Shown here in pieces: positions 18,804 through 29,786 of a stretch of 64,000 bases of DNA (the stretch's first letter is position 1; each line of letters begins with the position of its first letter). The notes below the pieces were generated by a model, which was given only the letters and a program-made list of their open reading frames with translations, made no database searches and was not told the DNA's origin. The DNA is from Candidatus Sulfomarinibacteraceae bacterium (GTDB lineage: Bacteria; Acidobacteriota; Thermoanaerobaculia; Thermoanaerobaculales; Sulfomarinibacteraceae), in assembly GCA_963796455.1 (NCBI GenBank), contig CAWCLO010000004.1, forward strand, positions 832,001-896,000, read 5' to 3'. A program made the position numbers and the translations under genes.

Positions 18804-19874
18804 TCAGGGGTTAGGCACCGATTGGTTTGTTTCGGAAACGAATTTTGCGGTGCTGAACCAGAACAAAAGGGAGGCTGGGATCAAAAAAAGAACCCACGAA
18901 AATCTACCGATCACGTTCATTGTCTGAATAACAACCTGATAGGCATAGGGAAAACTCATGTCCGATGCCTCGAGGTGCGAAGCAAGCACCGGCACGACTT
19001 TCCACAACCAGAAGTAGGCGGCCAAAAATGGGCCAATCAAAAGTGCAGGAATCAAAAGTAGCCACAACTGAAGCGCGAACCACGGTCCAAGTGTCTTCCA
19101 AGTGAAAATGGATCTCCAGTTAGTTTGCTCAGAAGAGGATGCTGCAAAAAGAATCTTGCCTTGTATCAAAGGAGCAATACTGGAGAACAAGAAATACGCT
19201 ACAAGCGCCAGTGCCTGCACCATGATCCAGCCGGACATAGCCTGGTATCGGAGAAAATCAGCGCCTTTCTCAAAGATCTCTATCGCGAGAAAAATCCCAA
19301 CAGCCGAAAGGCCCGGCCATCGGAGTCGCCACCAGCGGTTGGCGAACCTCCCAGCGACAACTGCCGGCTGGCACAAAGAAATCGGAATGGCCACAAACGC
19401 GATCACCAGAACGGTTGCCATCAAGAAGATGTCATCGTTTGAGATTGTGATGAAAAGGAGAGCAATTGAGGCAATCGAGAGCAGTGAAGCCGGCCAAAAA
19501 ACCATCGATCGGAGAGCCCATCTGAAACTGCGGAATCCGATTGATTCGGGGTCCAGAGATACCAACCGACTGACACTGGCGACCACTGAGCCTATCGCCG
19601 CAGCCACAAACGTGATCAAGAAAAGAAACGTCAGTGGGTGTGTCGGTAGGTCAAGGTGGAGATAAGCGCCTACAATGCTCAGTGCATCGTCTGAGTTCAT
19701 GCGAAGGAAATCTGAGTATTCGGGTCGAATGGCCACTCCAGGGTGAAGCATGCCCTTTTCCCACAGTACGAGAAAACCGGCAATCCAGAGACCTGTCCAA
19801 AGACCTATCAGACCTCCGCAGCCCCCGCCCACGAGAAGTATTGGTTTCCAGTTATCGTTATTCATCGATGTCAA
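18804..19874 (-). CDS. Multi-pass membrane protein
   Basis: 356 aa with about 8 hydrophobic segments; fills the cassette. Confidence 0.8.
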   Translation of the reverse strand: MTSMNNDNWKPILLVGGGCGGLIGLWTGLWIAGFLVLWEKGMLHPGVAIRPEYSDFLRMNSDDALSIVGAYLHLDLPTHPLTFLFLITFVAAAIGSVVASVSRLVSLDPESIGFRSFRWALRSMVFWPASLLSIASIALLFITISNDDIFLMATVLVIAFVAIPISLCQPAVVAGRFANRWWRLRWPGLSAVGIFLAIEIFEKGADFLRYQAMSGWIMVQALALVAYFLFSSIAPLIQGKILFAASSSEQTNWRSIFTWKTLGPWFALQLWLLLIPALLIGPFLAAYFWLWKVVPVLASHLEASDMSFPYAYQVVIQTMNVIGRFSWVLFLIPASLLFWFSTAKFVSETNQSVPNP

Positions 19875-19973
19875 TCTTACGTGCGAAGAAGGGGAGTATT
19901 CCCGTCATTCGCCTAACGTTCCGAGTTGAGCAGGCCGAGGCCGCCGGGGACTCGGGTCCGCTGGAAGGAGGTG

Positions 19974-20216
19974 TTAGATCGTATTGCCCGAGATACCATC
20001 TAGGATTCCCCGAATCCAATCGATCTTCCCTTTTCTTTCGGGGTTGTCGATAGCGTGCCTCACTTTGTCGAGTTGTGCCCTTTCGTAGCACTCCATCCCG
20101 TTGCGATTTTGCCGTTCGATTTTTCCAGCACGAACGAGTCTGTCAAACACACGCGCCTGCAAATGGATGTATGCGATCGCGTCCTTTCTCTTGAGGTATT
20201 TCGAGGATCGTCCCAT
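19974..20216 (-). CDS. Small MerR/excisionase-like HTH protein
   Basis: YLKRKDAIAYIHL..RVFDRLVRAGKI. Confidence 0.55.
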   Translation of the reverse strand: MGRSSKYLKRKDAIAYIHLQARVFDRLVRAGKIERQNRNGMECYERAQLDKVRHAIDNPERKGKIDWIRGILDGISGNTI

Positions 20217-20340
20217 GAGAAGTCCCAGACTAACCTAAGGGTCCGAGTTCAGCGGACGCCAACCGCCGCGGGTGAGGGTCCGCTGGAATGAGGTGTTAGG
20301 CCGACACATCACCTAACACTTGCGATCTCGGCACTCTGGA

Positions 20341-21003
20341 TCACCTCGACATGAGTTTGCGCCGAACGATCTTTTGCTCCTCGGTGAATTCGAAGATGTA
20401 ATTGAAAACCACAAAACCCTGATCTTTCATTTCAATCACACCCTCCTCGAGTGTTTCAGCAGGCACAATCTCTTGGGGAACAGAGTCATCAAACATCCAA
20501 GAGTATATATTCTCTCCTTCCGCCATCGAATAGACCCGAATACGGTAGCTGCCATCCTTTGTAGATAATGTACTGGGTCTCTTCCATCCACGCCAAGGCG
20601 CTTCAAACGTAACAACCACGAAATGCGAGTCGAACTGTGCCAACCCGACAATGCGAGACGTTGAGTTCAACGGATACCGTTGCACTCCGAGCAATTCTCC
20701 TGTCATACAGAGCCACTTTGTTTCCCCTGTTTCAAGATTGGTGTGAGATAAGACATATCCTCTGCGAGTCCGAAACAGCTGACCGGGATTACCAATAGAA
20801 CCCCAAAACGCGTTAACGGCGCTGCCGGAACCGGAAGCAATCAAACGGGCAGCATGATCGAAGTCCCATTCGGCCACTTCGCTAACGGCCGGTTCCTCTG
20901 CGGCGATGATCATCGTCGCGAATATCGTTATCGCTATTAGAAGCACCTGCAGATGAGGGAATCGCTGAACCACTTCGCTCTCCTTCCTAGGTTGGGGCGC
21001 CAC
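20341..21003 (-). CDS. Secreted hypothetical protein
   Basis: 220 aa with N-terminal hydrophobic segment. Confidence 0.65.
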   Translation of the reverse strand: MAPQPRKESEVVQRFPHLQVLLIAITIFATMIIAAEEPAVSEVAEWDFDHAARLIASGSGSAVNAFWGSIGNPGQLFRTRRGYVLSHTNLETGETKWLCMTGELLGVQRYPLNSTSRIVGLAQFDSHFVVVTFEAPWRGWKRPSTLSTKDGSYRIRVYSMAEGENIYSWMFDDSVPQEIVPAETLEEGVIEMKDQGFVVFNYIFEFTEEQKIVRRKLMSR

Positions 21004-21250
21004 TTCTTCTCCGCCTTCTGCTCGCTTCCCACCTTTTCCTTATCGATCCGATGAGCTCGGTCCAAGTGTGTCTTCAGAAGCCAAAGATCGTGCGCCTGAG
21101 AAGCTCTCAATGCTCTGCACAAGTGAAGGGAAGTGAGTCACGCACATCCTCTTGCGGAGTTCTTGCCTAACGGTCCGAGTTCAGCGGCCCACACCCGCCG
21201 CGGGTGAGGGTCCGCTGGAATGAGGTGTTAGGCCATCTCACGAGGAGCCG

Positions 21251-21658
21251 TCACAGGTTCACGCTGCTCTTCTGTTTGGCGATGAGATCGCCTCCGTACG
21301 TGACCTCAAGCGTGTAGTTTGCGTTAGTGGCATCCGCAAAGAAGGTCAACACGATATCGAGGCTTGTGTCAGCCAATTGCACTTTCGACCTTGCCACCGC
21401 TTCCTCTCCTATTGGTGCAGTTACCCGCGGTGCCGCCACCACCTCGCCATTCACGAGGTCTGACACAACGGCGGTACAGGTGAAGGTCCCATTGTCGGAA
21501 GACACATCGAATTCCACTTCAACGCCGTACTGCCCTGACGGCATCGATGGCTCTTCGGCTATCGTGGCTGTGGTCGGCATCAGAAAGAATAAAACCAGCA
21601 CAAAAGCGACAACGACACCGGCGACCCCATTGTGGTTCATTCCTACCTCCGTGTTCAT
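21251..21658 (-). CDS. Secreted hypothetical protein
   Basis: Signal peptide, beta-rich; GGAGG before second Met. Confidence 0.7.
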   Translation of the reverse strand: MNTEVGMNHNGVAGVVVAFVLVLFFLMPTTATIAEEPSMPSGQYGVEVEFDVSSDNGTFTCTAVVSDLVNGEVVAAPRVTAPIGEEAVARSKVQLADTSLDIVLTFFADATNANYTLEVTYGGDLIAKQKSSVNL

Positions 21659-21756
21659 GAATTGCCTAACGGTCCGAGTTCAGCGGCCCGCACCCGGCCC
21701 GGGTGAGGGTCCGCTGGAACGAGGTGTTAGGTACGTGTTGATTCCTATGACTCCAT

Positions 21757-22068
21757 TCATCGGAAGACATAAGCGGCTAGAGCCACTACAACAAGGATAA
21801 CGATGACAACGGCGATTGTGGCTGCTGAGAAAATGTACCATTTGAATACCCCGTATAGGAATGGTCTACGAATTTCCCCTGGCTCGAGGTACGCGAGCAC
21901 AACGAACGCCAGGAACCCGGCGACTGAAAGCCCCAGTCCTACGGGCGACACCCATTCAGGCCAGAACCAACCTCCCTTCATCAGAGTGCTAAGAATTGTG
22001 ATGACAAAGGCAGCCATGCCAGAAATCCTGACCGGTTCCCAAAACCACCTTTCTTCTGTTATCTCCAT
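21757..22068 (-). CDS. Membrane protein
   Basis: 3 TM, 103 aa. Confidence 0.7.
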   Translation of the reverse strand: MEITEERWFWEPVRISGMAAFVITILSTLMKGGWFWPEWVSPVGLGLSVAGFLAFVVLAYLEPGEIRRPFLYGVFKWYIFSAATIAVVIVILVVVALAAYVFR

Positions 22069-22086
22069 CGTTACCCTTTCTAATCT

Positions 22087-22278
22087 CTATCGAGAAGCCA
22101 GAAAAAACATCAACGCAAGAGCGGCTAGCACCGCAATACCCAGGATCAAGTCGACTCGTTTTGCGAGCTTTCGACTCTCTTCAGGACCGGCGCTCGGTTT
22201 CCCTCCCGCCGGCCGGTTTGCGACCGCGCACGGTGTTCCTGGGTCATGGTGCCTTCCGCAGATTCCGCAGTATGCCAT
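22087..22278 (-). CDS. Small protein with CxxC-HH motif and C-terminal TM
   Basis: YCGICGRHHDPGTPC. Confidence 0.65.
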   Translation of the reverse strand: MAYCGICGRHHDPGTPCAVANRPAGGKPSAGPEESRKLAKRVDLILGIAVLAALALMFFLASR

Positions 22279-22393
22279 CGGTATCTCGCTTGGTCCTTCC
22301 TGCCTAACGATTGGCGTTCAACGGACGCGAACCGCGCTCGCGCAGGTCGCGGTCCGTTGGACGGCGCGACTAGGCAATTTACAACTGACCATT

Positions 22394-23005
22394 CTAGATT
22401 CCGGGTGGGTTGGTGACCTTGTCGATGAATGTGAAGAATGCAACCAACGCGATAAGGCCAAGATAACTGATCAAGTTCGCGAAGAATACGGTTCTGACGA
22501 GGTCACTTGGTAGGTTTCCCGATCGAGAAGTCCATCTCCGGATCAGCATCCACTCGACCCACCACGTTGGGAAAAAGGTCACAAAGAAACCGATTGCAGT
22601 TGCCGCCAACGCTACGTTCGGATACGGAGAGTTGTCGCCCAATATCCAGGTACCACTCGCAAGGACGAGTTTTCCGAGTTCGGAGTCGCCGGCAAGGGAA
22701 GAAACCCCAATCGTAAGGATCGCCCAGACAAGCGGAAGGCCGATCGCGCAAACGATCGTCGATATGACGTTTGCACCGAGAATCCAACCGAAGGTGTTTG
22801 CTGGTGGAACACCCAGCCGCTTTCGAAGGAAGAACCACTCAGAACCGATGATCCAGACTTGGCCGAACGTGAAGAGTGGAACGCTAAAGAGCAGGAGAAG
22901 TGGGCCGCCTCCATCTGCCATTACTGACGTCGGTATTAGGACCCACAGTACCCCAAAGATAATCACAAGCTTCGCTTCCCGGCTCAATAGTCCTGGTCCT
23001 TTCAC
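22394..23005 (-). CDS. Membrane protein
   Basis: ADGGGPLL, ANVIS and ANLISY internal repeat. Confidence 0.75.
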   Translation of the reverse strand: MKGPGLLSREAKLVIIFGVLWVLIPTSVMADGGGPLLLLFSVPLFTFGQVWIIGSEWFFLRKRLGVPPANTFGWILGANVISTIVCAIGLPLVWAILTIGVSSLAGDSELGKLVLASGTWILGDNSPYPNVALAATAIGFFVTFFPTWWVEWMLIRRWTSRSGNLPSDLVRTVFFANLISYLGLIALVAFFTFIDKVTNPPGI

Positions 23006-23079
23006 TGGCCTATCAGTCCGAGTTCAGCGGACCGAACACCCGCCTCGGGTGGGGGTCCGCTGGAACGAGGTGTTAGGCG

Positions 23080-23607
23080 TCATTGGCTCGACTGCTCAGG
23101 CAAGCGATATTTGAACTCGTACGAGTGTTTGCCTTCGTCGATGTCGATCTTGAAATCGCCTTCCAGTCCGACCAATTCCTCGGTACCTGAGTCCGGAACC
23201 ACGGTTACTACAAGGGATGGTGCGCCGCGATTCATGGTGCCGGTGTGTTGCAGAACAAAGGTTCCTCGCTTTCCGTTCAGAACACCTGCTACCCGCTCAA
23301 TTGCAACGTAGCCGGCGGACCCATCAATATCCGTCATCGCGCTGAGCATTTGACCCACTGTGCTCGCAGTGAGGTCGCCGGAAATCTGCTTGTCAATGGA
23401 CATCCGCCCGAGCTTGAATTCTGGGTTGGCGCCCTCAAACGCCAAGGGCTTCATGGAGACGACGAATTGACCTCTTGCGGTTTGAGCCATGGACTGTCCC
23501 TTCTCTCGTGAATGACATGAGGCCATCGAAAGTGATGACGCAATCAAACCTAGGATAACGACGCGGCACTTCGAAAGGGTAGTTCTTGACGCTCGGCGCT
23601 CGTTCAT
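23080..23607 (-). CDS. DUF3224 family protein
   Basis: SAGYVAIE...GTFVLQH...VVPDSGTEELVGL; start may be MAQTA at 23490. Confidence 0.9.
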   Translation of the reverse strand: MNERRASRTTLSKCRVVILGLIASSLSMASCHSREKGQSMAQTARGQFVVSMKPLAFEGANPEFKLGRMSIDKQISGDLTASTVGQMLSAMTDIDGSAGYVAIERVAGVLNGKRGTFVLQHTGTMNRGAPSLVVTVVPDSGTEELVGLEGDFKIDIDEGKHSYEFKYRLPEQSSQ

Positions 23608-23720
23608 TCTGCTTTTCCCCTCTGTTTCTGTGCGCCTAACGGTCCGAGTTCAGCGGACCACACCCGCCGCGGGTGGGGGTCCGCTGGAATGAGGTGTTAG
23701 GTGTCCCCTTCGATTGGCCA

Positions 23721-24530
23721 TCAATCTCCCCTGCGAATTTCCTCTAGCGTGCCATCCTCTGTTGGTTTTATTTTGATACCCCTCACGTCCAGAAAATGTA
23801 GGAACTTTCGATAAGCGAGGTGGTTTTGGAAGCCGGAGCGAGGGAACCAGGACTGTCCGGTTTTTCCTCTCATCAGGGTTACGCCGGCTGCATCCACTCT
23901 CGCGAGCGTGTGAATGTCCCAGCTGAGTATTGAGCTTGCAAGTTCTCCTGCTCGACAGCTGAGCCCGTGTTCGGAAATCTCCCATTCAATCCTGATCGAT
24001 TCGAAATTTTGACCCTTGAACGCAATCCAAATCTGGAGTTTTGGGAGCACCACCAGTACGACGAGACCAATGACCGCAATCGATACCACCACGAACTGTA
24101 GCCAATGGAAACCCAATGTGATCCCGTAGGTTAAAACGAGGACAGCAATGAACATCCACGAAAGAGTCGCTAGAAGACGCTTCGCTGCTCCACCCGCGAT
24201 GTTGTTCCACTCTGACCGCGCAGCGTGACACGCCTCCGAACGGTCCCAGATGTATCTGCAGGTTACAGGCGCGTGGTCAAATTCGACGGTGTCATCTGTG
24301 AATTCCGAATCTGTGGGTTCTTGAAAGCGAATCCTTTTGAATAGGTAAGCGGGTCCTACGACGATTGGCAGTAAGAGGAAAGCGAACGCCCACGCCAAGC
24401 CCCCAGTGTTCAGGGTGTACTTGCGACCGTAGGTTGGGATCCGCTTTCGCCTTGCGTCGAAACCTAGTGTCGTCGCAAGTATCAGGTCGACCAGGATGAC
24501 AACAACGATCAGCGTTGGTGATACGTTCAT
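23721..24530 (-). CDS. Membrane protein with YcxB-like C-terminal domain
   Basis: TM pairs then ISEHGL...SILSW...WFPRSGF. Confidence 0.7.
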   Translation of the reverse strand: MNVSPTLIVVVILVDLILATTLGFDARRKRIPTYGRKYTLNTGGLAWAFAFLLLPIVVGPAYLFKRIRFQEPTDSEFTDDTVEFDHAPVTCRYIWDRSEACHAARSEWNNIAGGAAKRLLATLSWMFIAVLVLTYGITLGFHWLQFVVVSIAVIGLVVLVVLPKLQIWIAFKGQNFESIRIEWEISEHGLSCRAGELASSILSWDIHTLARVDAAGVTLMRGKTGQSWFPRSGFQNHLAYRKFLHFLDVRGIKIKPTEDGTLEEIRRGD

Positions 24531-24625
24531 TCGTCCATCCTTTTGTCGGTTTTTACCTAACGGTCCGAGTTCAGCGGACACCACCCGCCGCGGGTGGGGG
24601 TCCGTTGAACGAGGTGTTAGGCCCA

Positions 24626-24856
24626 TCAACCCTTGAGAAACGTCTCGAGATCGTCACGTGTGAGCTTCGTATCGCGGAGGATCTTGGACAACAGACCGGG
24701 GCCGATTGTCTCACCGCGGTGCACAGGAACTGTCGTAGCGCGTCCATCGGGATGCCGCAGAAAGTGGTGACTGCCTCTGGTCCGTGTGACCTCAAAGCCA
24801 GCACATCCGAGCGCTGAAAGGAGGTCCTTGCCTTTGACTCGCAGCCGAGGGGTCAT
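24626..24856 (-). CDS. hicA: HicA family toxin
   Basis: GF...RTRGSHHFLRHPDGRATTVPVH..GLLSKILR. Confidence 0.92.
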   Translation of the reverse strand: MTPRLRVKGKDLLSALGCAGFEVTRTRGSHHFLRHPDGRATTVPVHRGETIGPGLLSKILRDTKLTRDDLETFLKG

Positions 24857-25068
24857 GACGCGATGCGGACTCTCTGTACGCCGATGAATTCGAGTGGCTC
24901 GGCAGGAATGCCCTGCTCCTCAAGGCAAAGAGCGATCACTTCCCGCACCCGTTCCATGAGCTCGTCGAGGGATCGAGCTTGGGTGTGACAACCGTGCAGA
25001 GACGGAACCGACGCTACGTAATAGCCTTCAGCATCCCGTTCAACGACGACATCAAAGTCGGTGGTCAT
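24853..25068 (-). CDS. hicB: HicB family antitoxin
   Basis: YYVASVPSLHGCHTQARSLDEL; 4 bp overlap with hicA. Confidence 0.92.
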   Translation of the reverse strand: MTTDFDVVVERDAEGYYVASVPSLHGCHTQARSLDELMERVREVIALCLEEQGIPAEPLEFIGVQRVRIAS

Positions 25069-25182
25069 GTCGCTATCTTATCCCAAATGACGTCATGTTG
25101 CCTAACGGTCCGAGTTCAGCGGACCGAACCCGCCGCGGGTGAGGGTCCGCTGGAACGAGGTGTTAGGCCTTTCATCAATCAT

Positions 25183-25716
25183 TCATCGAAGTAGTCCGTC
25201 GCCATCACTAGAGTCTCCTGACGCACGACGGTATTCGCGCATCGCGTTCATGAATGCGATTGTGCCAACACCGATTGCCGGAACTGCACTACACCATAAG
25301 TGGACGTTATCGTCAGATCTTTGATACGAATACCCTTCGGTCATGATTTTCCAGGTGTTGCCCTCTGCATAGGTCTCGAACATGAATCTGAGGTCCTTTT
25401 CCGGGGCTGGGTAGCTGGACCAGTATGTGATTTGGTGAATCCTATCCTGCCACACGGTAATCACGGCTTCGTGAAAAACCCCTGCTTCAAACGTGTACGT
25501 TGTAGCTTCTGGAAGCTTTTCATGTTCCCCCTTTTCGGTAGGTTCCCCGTACAGCTCGACCGCTACCGACAATTCCGCGCCCAAACAGACCGGGTCTATC
25601 GCGTCAAGACGGTTTACCTTGAATACGATGCGCGACAACCAAAGGAGCGGGCGGAGAAGAATCGTCAGTATCTTATCCCTCATTCGACGGCTTCCTCCTG
25701 CAGCTAACTCTGACAC
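25183..25716 (-). CDS. Hypothetical cassette protein
   Basis: 177 aa fills the cassette. Confidence 0.7.
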   Translation of the reverse strand: MSELAAGGSRRMRDKILTILLRPLLWLSRIVFKVNRLDAIDPVCLGAELSVAVELYGEPTEKGEHEKLPEATTYTFEAGVFHEAVITVWQDRIHQITYWSSYPAPEKDLRFMFETYAEGNTWKIMTEGYSYQRSDDNVHLWCSAVPAIGVGTIAFMNAMREYRRASGDSSDGDGLLR

Positions 25717-25794
25717 GCACAGTTTGCCTAACGGTCCGAGTTCAGCGGACCGAACCCGCCGCGGGTTAGGGTCCGCTGGAACGAGGTTTTAGGC

Positions 25795-26289
25795 CTACCG
25801 GTTTTCACTTTTTCGAAATGCATCCAAGAGTTCTCGAAAGTCATCCCACTTCGGATCATCATTGAAAACGATTTCGAGTGGGAATTGAGGATGATCGCTG
25901 AGGGCCGTGTTGAACGCAGCCATGGATCGTTCACGATCCGAGGTGTAGTACACGAGCTCCTTCAAACCGTTTCCCGTCCGGCTGTAGGCATGTCGACACA
26001 CGCCGTCGTTGGTCGGGCCTTCGGCGATAGCCTGTTCGAGGTCTTTCATTTGTTCAAGGACGTCATCAGTTGGCATGCCGTTGTTCGCTTGACCGTCGTA
26101 CTTCCAAGAAACGACGGTCAGCCAAGGTTGAGATGCGCGAGTGCGCTGATCCGGCAATTCGTCAATTAGTTTGTAGATTACTGGTACGTCGCCCTCGTAG
26201 GCCCTTCCAATGATCCCAAGTTCCTGGCTATTTGCCATACCGCAACCCCAACAAAACAACACTATGACGAGGAGCGCCGACAACCTCAA
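25795..26289 (-). CDS. DUF695-like lipoprotein
   Basis: NGMPT, TGNGLKELVYY, DPKWDDF. Confidence 0.7.
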   Translation of the reverse strand: MRLSALLVIVLFCWGCGMANSQELGIIGRAYEGDVPVIYKLIDELPDQRTRASQPWLTVVSWKYDGQANNGMPTDDVLEQMKDLEQAIAEGPTNDGVCRHAYSRTGNGLKELVYYTSDRERSMAAFNTALSDHPQFPLEIVFNDDPKWDDFRELLDAFRKSENR

Positions 26290-26370
26290 GGCTTGCCTAA
26301 CGGTCCGAGTTCAGCGGACCAAACAGCCGCGCTGTTTGGGCCCGCTGGAACGAGTTGTTAGGCGTTACTC

Positions 26371-26841
26371 TCACCGAAACTCCTCTCCGATTGTCTCGTC
26401 AATTCGCTCTTGCATGTGGATGAGCATCGCAACTGTTGGCCCGCAAAGGAGTACGTCGAAAATGACCTCCAGCGGATCGAATCGGGCCACATCGAACAGT
26501 TCTGTAGAGGGCCGTCGAACGCCTGCCAGGAGCTGAAGGTTACGAACTGTGATGAAAACTCCGTTGCAGGAACCACAGGCCTTGAAGGGTGCAGTCTTGA
26601 GGGAGCCAGTACGAAGAGAAGGTACACCGCATCGTGGGCAAGATTCGTCGGAGATCGGACCATACAACTTGAAATGGGCGTCCGTCGGGATTTCTGCGAG
26701 CCGATCTTCATACGTTTTTCGAAACACCGTTTCGACTTCTCCTGGGTCAAACCAAAGCGCCTCGCAGTCGGTACAGACGTCGACTGAGACCCCCGAAATC
26801 ACGTGCTCACTCATGAGCCCCTTGCAGTCAGGACAATTCAT
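26371..26841 (-). CDS. Double zf-TFIIB Zn-ribbon protein (paralog of 15934-16413)
   Basis: MNCPDC...VDVCTDCEALWFDPGEV...CPRC...CGSCNGVF. Confidence 0.8.
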   Translation of the reverse strand: MNCPDCKGLMSEHVISGVSVDVCTDCEALWFDPGEVETVFRKTYEDRLAEIPTDAHFKLYGPISDESCPRCGVPSLRTGSLKTAPFKACGSCNGVFITVRNLQLLAGVRRPSTELFDVARFDPLEVIFDVLLCGPTVAMLIHMQERIDETIGEEFR

Positions 26842-26974
26842 GTATTTGCATTCCCTGCAGACATTACGTTCGCCTAACGGTCCGAGTTCAGCGGACACCA
26901 CCCGCCGCGGGTGGGGGTCCGCTGGAATGAGGTGTTAGGCGGATCGAATTCACTTTTTTCCCCTGCCCAAGAAC

Positions 26975-27163
26975 TCAACATCGTCGACTTCGACGTAAAC
27001 GCGCCCGAATGTGGGGTTGGTCGAGTAGAAGCCCAAGGTAATTCACTCTCCACTCCAGACGCTTCTCCTTTGTGTCGACCAGGTCCTCAACCACAGATGG
27101 TTCGCCGTCGTAGTCGACACGATCTCCTGCGCGCGCTTCGTTTCCATCTCGGTAATACAGCAT
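26975..27163 (-). CDS. Small hypothetical protein (C-terminus possibly frameshifted)
   Basis: YYRDGNEARAGDRV; sole ORF in a short cassette. Confidence 0.55.
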   Translation of the reverse strand: MLYYRDGNEARAGDRVDYDGEPSVVEDLVDTKEKRLEWRVNYLGLLLDQPHIRARLRRSRRC

Positions 27164-27330
27164 GATTAGACCTGCACCTGCCTAACGGTTCGAGTTCAGC
27201 GGACCACACCCGCCGCGGGTGGGGGTCCCCTGGAACGAGGTGTTAGGTCGTTTATCGTCCAAGAGTCGATTCCACGGTCACCTCGAGTTCTGGACTGATC
27301 TCTACGTTCACGATGTATCCGCAACAGCGT

Positions 27331-27621
27331 TCAAAGTACCCTTGCGGTGGGAACTCGAAGTGATCGGGCCCGGCATGCGAATGAGACCTCCAAGCCGGTT
27401 TCACCGCTCGGGACAACTACGGAATCGTGTTGCCCGCCTGAAGGCAGGATTTCGATAGTTTCTTCGAACCCAATACCGACAAGTCGTACATTCCGAAGAT
27501 CGAGAGGTGAGGAGTTCTTCAGGCGAAGGACAGGCGGTGCAGATCGCTGGCATCCCAGGAGGGCAACAACAAGAATTGCGCCTACGATAACAACGAGAGG
27601 TTTCAGGTTTCTAATAAACAC
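27331..27621 (-). CDS. Lipoprotein (possibly frameshifted near the end)
   Basis: LLGC lipobox. Confidence 0.6.
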   Translation of the reverse strand: MFIRNLKPLVVIVGAILVVALLGCQRSAPPVLRLKNSSPLDLRNVRLVGIGFEETIEILPSGGQHDSVVVPSGETGLEVSFACRARSLRVPTARVL

Positions 27622-27734
27622 TTGGAAGAACTTCCCTTGGCACCTAACGGTCCGAATTCAGCGGACCACACCCGCCGCGGGTGAGGGTCCGCTGGAATGA
27701 GGTGTTAGGTGTGTACGTTGCTTTGGTTCCGGAT

Positions 27735-28112
27735 TCACGACTGGGGTGGAGCCTCCTCGTCTCCTTCGGCGTGTCTTTCTTTGAGGTTCCACTGATACAT
27801 AGAGTATCCAGTCCAAATTAAGGCGATCATGCCTATCGCCATATTTCCCCAATTTTCACGGGGATTCGACAAAAACTCAGAAAGGTAACTTGCGATCCAG
27901 GCAACCCAGAGCCCCGCCAGAGGAAATAGAAACCATTTACGACCGAGCACAGCTCCAATCACAGCGATGCTGAGGAGCGAGATGAATCCCCACGCGAGGA
28001 CCAGATCCTTCGCTGTCCCTCCGGAGTACGGCGCGAAGGCCACCCAAAAAATGAGGATTCCCCCGAGTATCGCGATTGTGGGCCAGTTGCGTTGGTAATC
28101 TTGGGACGCCAT
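27735..28112 (-). CDS. Membrane protein
   Basis: 4 TM from MASQDY. Confidence 0.75.
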   Translation of the reverse strand: MASQDYQRNWPTIAILGGILIFWVAFAPYSGGTAKDLVLAWGFISLLSIAVIGAVLGRKWFLFPLAGLWVAWIASYLSEFLSNPRENWGNMAIGMIALIWTGYSMYQWNLKERHAEGDEEAPPQS

Positions 28113-28226
28113 AGGTAACTTGTCTTTCAATTGACCTAACGGTCCGAGTTCAGCGGCCCACACCCGCCGCGGGTGGGGGTCCGCTGGAATGAGGTGTTAG
28201 GGCAATGGCCAACCATTTCGAGACTC

Positions 28227-28645
28227 CTACTGAAACCGGGAAGATAGTTGGATTTCTTGGCCACAACGGGAACACCGGATCTCAAGCACATCATCGCGAT
28301 AGTCAGAAAGTGCGTACGGAGTTGCGCACTCGGGGCACTGGCCATCATAGGCTGTCTCGGAGTCTGTCAGAACCCGTGTTGCGTAGACATCTGGCAGGTC
28401 GATTCGGCAAAGGCCGCACTGCTGCACGTTCGGTGGGTAAGACGAACCACATTTCGGACACCGGCGATCGTGCCGCGATATCAGGAGGAGCGCGACAAGC
28501 GCAGCACCCGGAAAAAGGTGCCAATCGCTAGCCATTTCCTAGGGTCGCGGTTTTTCTTCCTCGCGAGGTCCATCGTCGTCAAACCCAACGCGAGCGGGAA
28601 TGCGATTAGGAAGGCGATACCGAAAATATCTCTGGCCAAATCCAT
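28227..28645 (-). CDS. Membrane protein with double Zn ribbon (frameshift in homopolymer near 28515)
   Basis: MDLARDIFG...ARKKNRDPRKWLAIG joins FPGAALVALLLI..CPKCG..CGLC..CPEC..CSRC. Confidence 0.65.
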
Positions 28646-28756
28646 CGAGAACACCTCGGATGTACTGCTTGCCTAACGGTCCGAGTTCAGCGGACCGAAC
28701 AGCCGCGCTGATTGGGTCCGCTGGAACGAGGTGTTAGGTGCAAGCGTACCCATCAG

Positions 28757-29074
28757 TCACACAACTGCAGTGAAATACCAAAAAATCGAAAAACAATATA
28801 GGCCTACTAATAGCCACGAGATCAACCCCCAAGTGATTCGGCGTGGTTTTGATCGCCAACCCACAATGGTTGAGATCCAGGCGCCTACCACTGCAATAGC
28901 CCCACCAATGACGTACATGCAGAGTCCGAAAAGAATTCGCTGGACGTCACCATGAACGGCCGCGGCGCCAAGCCCCGCTACCATTAAATAAGCGCCAACG
29001 GAGCCCAGAACCACCGAAAGGACAATCGACAACTGCGGTGCTAACTCGAGCTTTTCATTTGGTTCCGATCTCAT
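28757..29074 (-). CDS. Membrane protein
   Basis: 3 TM. Confidence 0.7.
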   Translation of the reverse strand: MRSEPNEKLELAPQLSIVLSVVLGSVGAYLMVAGLGAAAVHGDVQRILFGLCMYVIGGAIAVVGAWISTIVGWRSKPRRITWGLISWLLVGLYCFSIFWYFTAVV

Positions 29075-29181
29075 CTGATCACCGATTGCCTAACGGTCCG
29101 AGTTCAGCGGACCGAACCCGCCGCGGGTGAGGGTCCGCTGGGACGAGGTGTTAGGGGACTGAAGAAGAGTCTGCGAGGACG

Positions 29182-29702
29182 TCATTTGGGGCCTCTTTGA
29201 CCAGACAGAGTTGCACGCAGATTCTGATAGGCCTCTTCAGACCATTCCGTTTCAGGATTGATCACCTCTGAAAGGTCTTCTATGAAAGGAAAGTCGATTG
29301 ACGTTGCAAAGGAAACAGCTTCACGGGCCTCTTGAGCACCTCCGCCAAACTCGATCACATGAAGAAAGATCATGCGCAGAATAGGAACGAAGATGCTGGT
29401 TCCGTGTGATTCGAACTCACCTACTGATTCGCGGTAGAACTCAACGAACTCGGGAGGATCCTTAACGAGATCAGCAGCAATAATCCGATCCTCGAATTCC
29501 CAAAGTGGTAGTAACCGCTTTTCGGAGAACTGGGCCAGTTCCCTGGCGCATCGGGCCACCCTTGCGCGTAGAAACTGGTGGGGGCCTCAAAGTACGAATC
29601 GAATGGCGCGTCAATGTCGAAACTTGTCAGTAAACTACGAATTGCATCGGGGATACAGAGTTCTTTGATGCTCCCAACCCTCTCTTCCGCAGGAATATGC
29701 AC
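29182..29702 (-). pseudogene. Hypothetical protein split by frameshift near 29535
   Basis: ORF 29421-29702 N-part joins ORF 29182-29559 C-part (LLPLWE...EFVEFY). Confidence 0.55.
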
Positions 29703-29786
29703 GATTACCTTCTTTTCACCTATCGGTCCGAGTTCAGCGGCCCGAGGCCGCGCAGTGCGCTGACTTGGGTCCGCTGGAACGAGGTG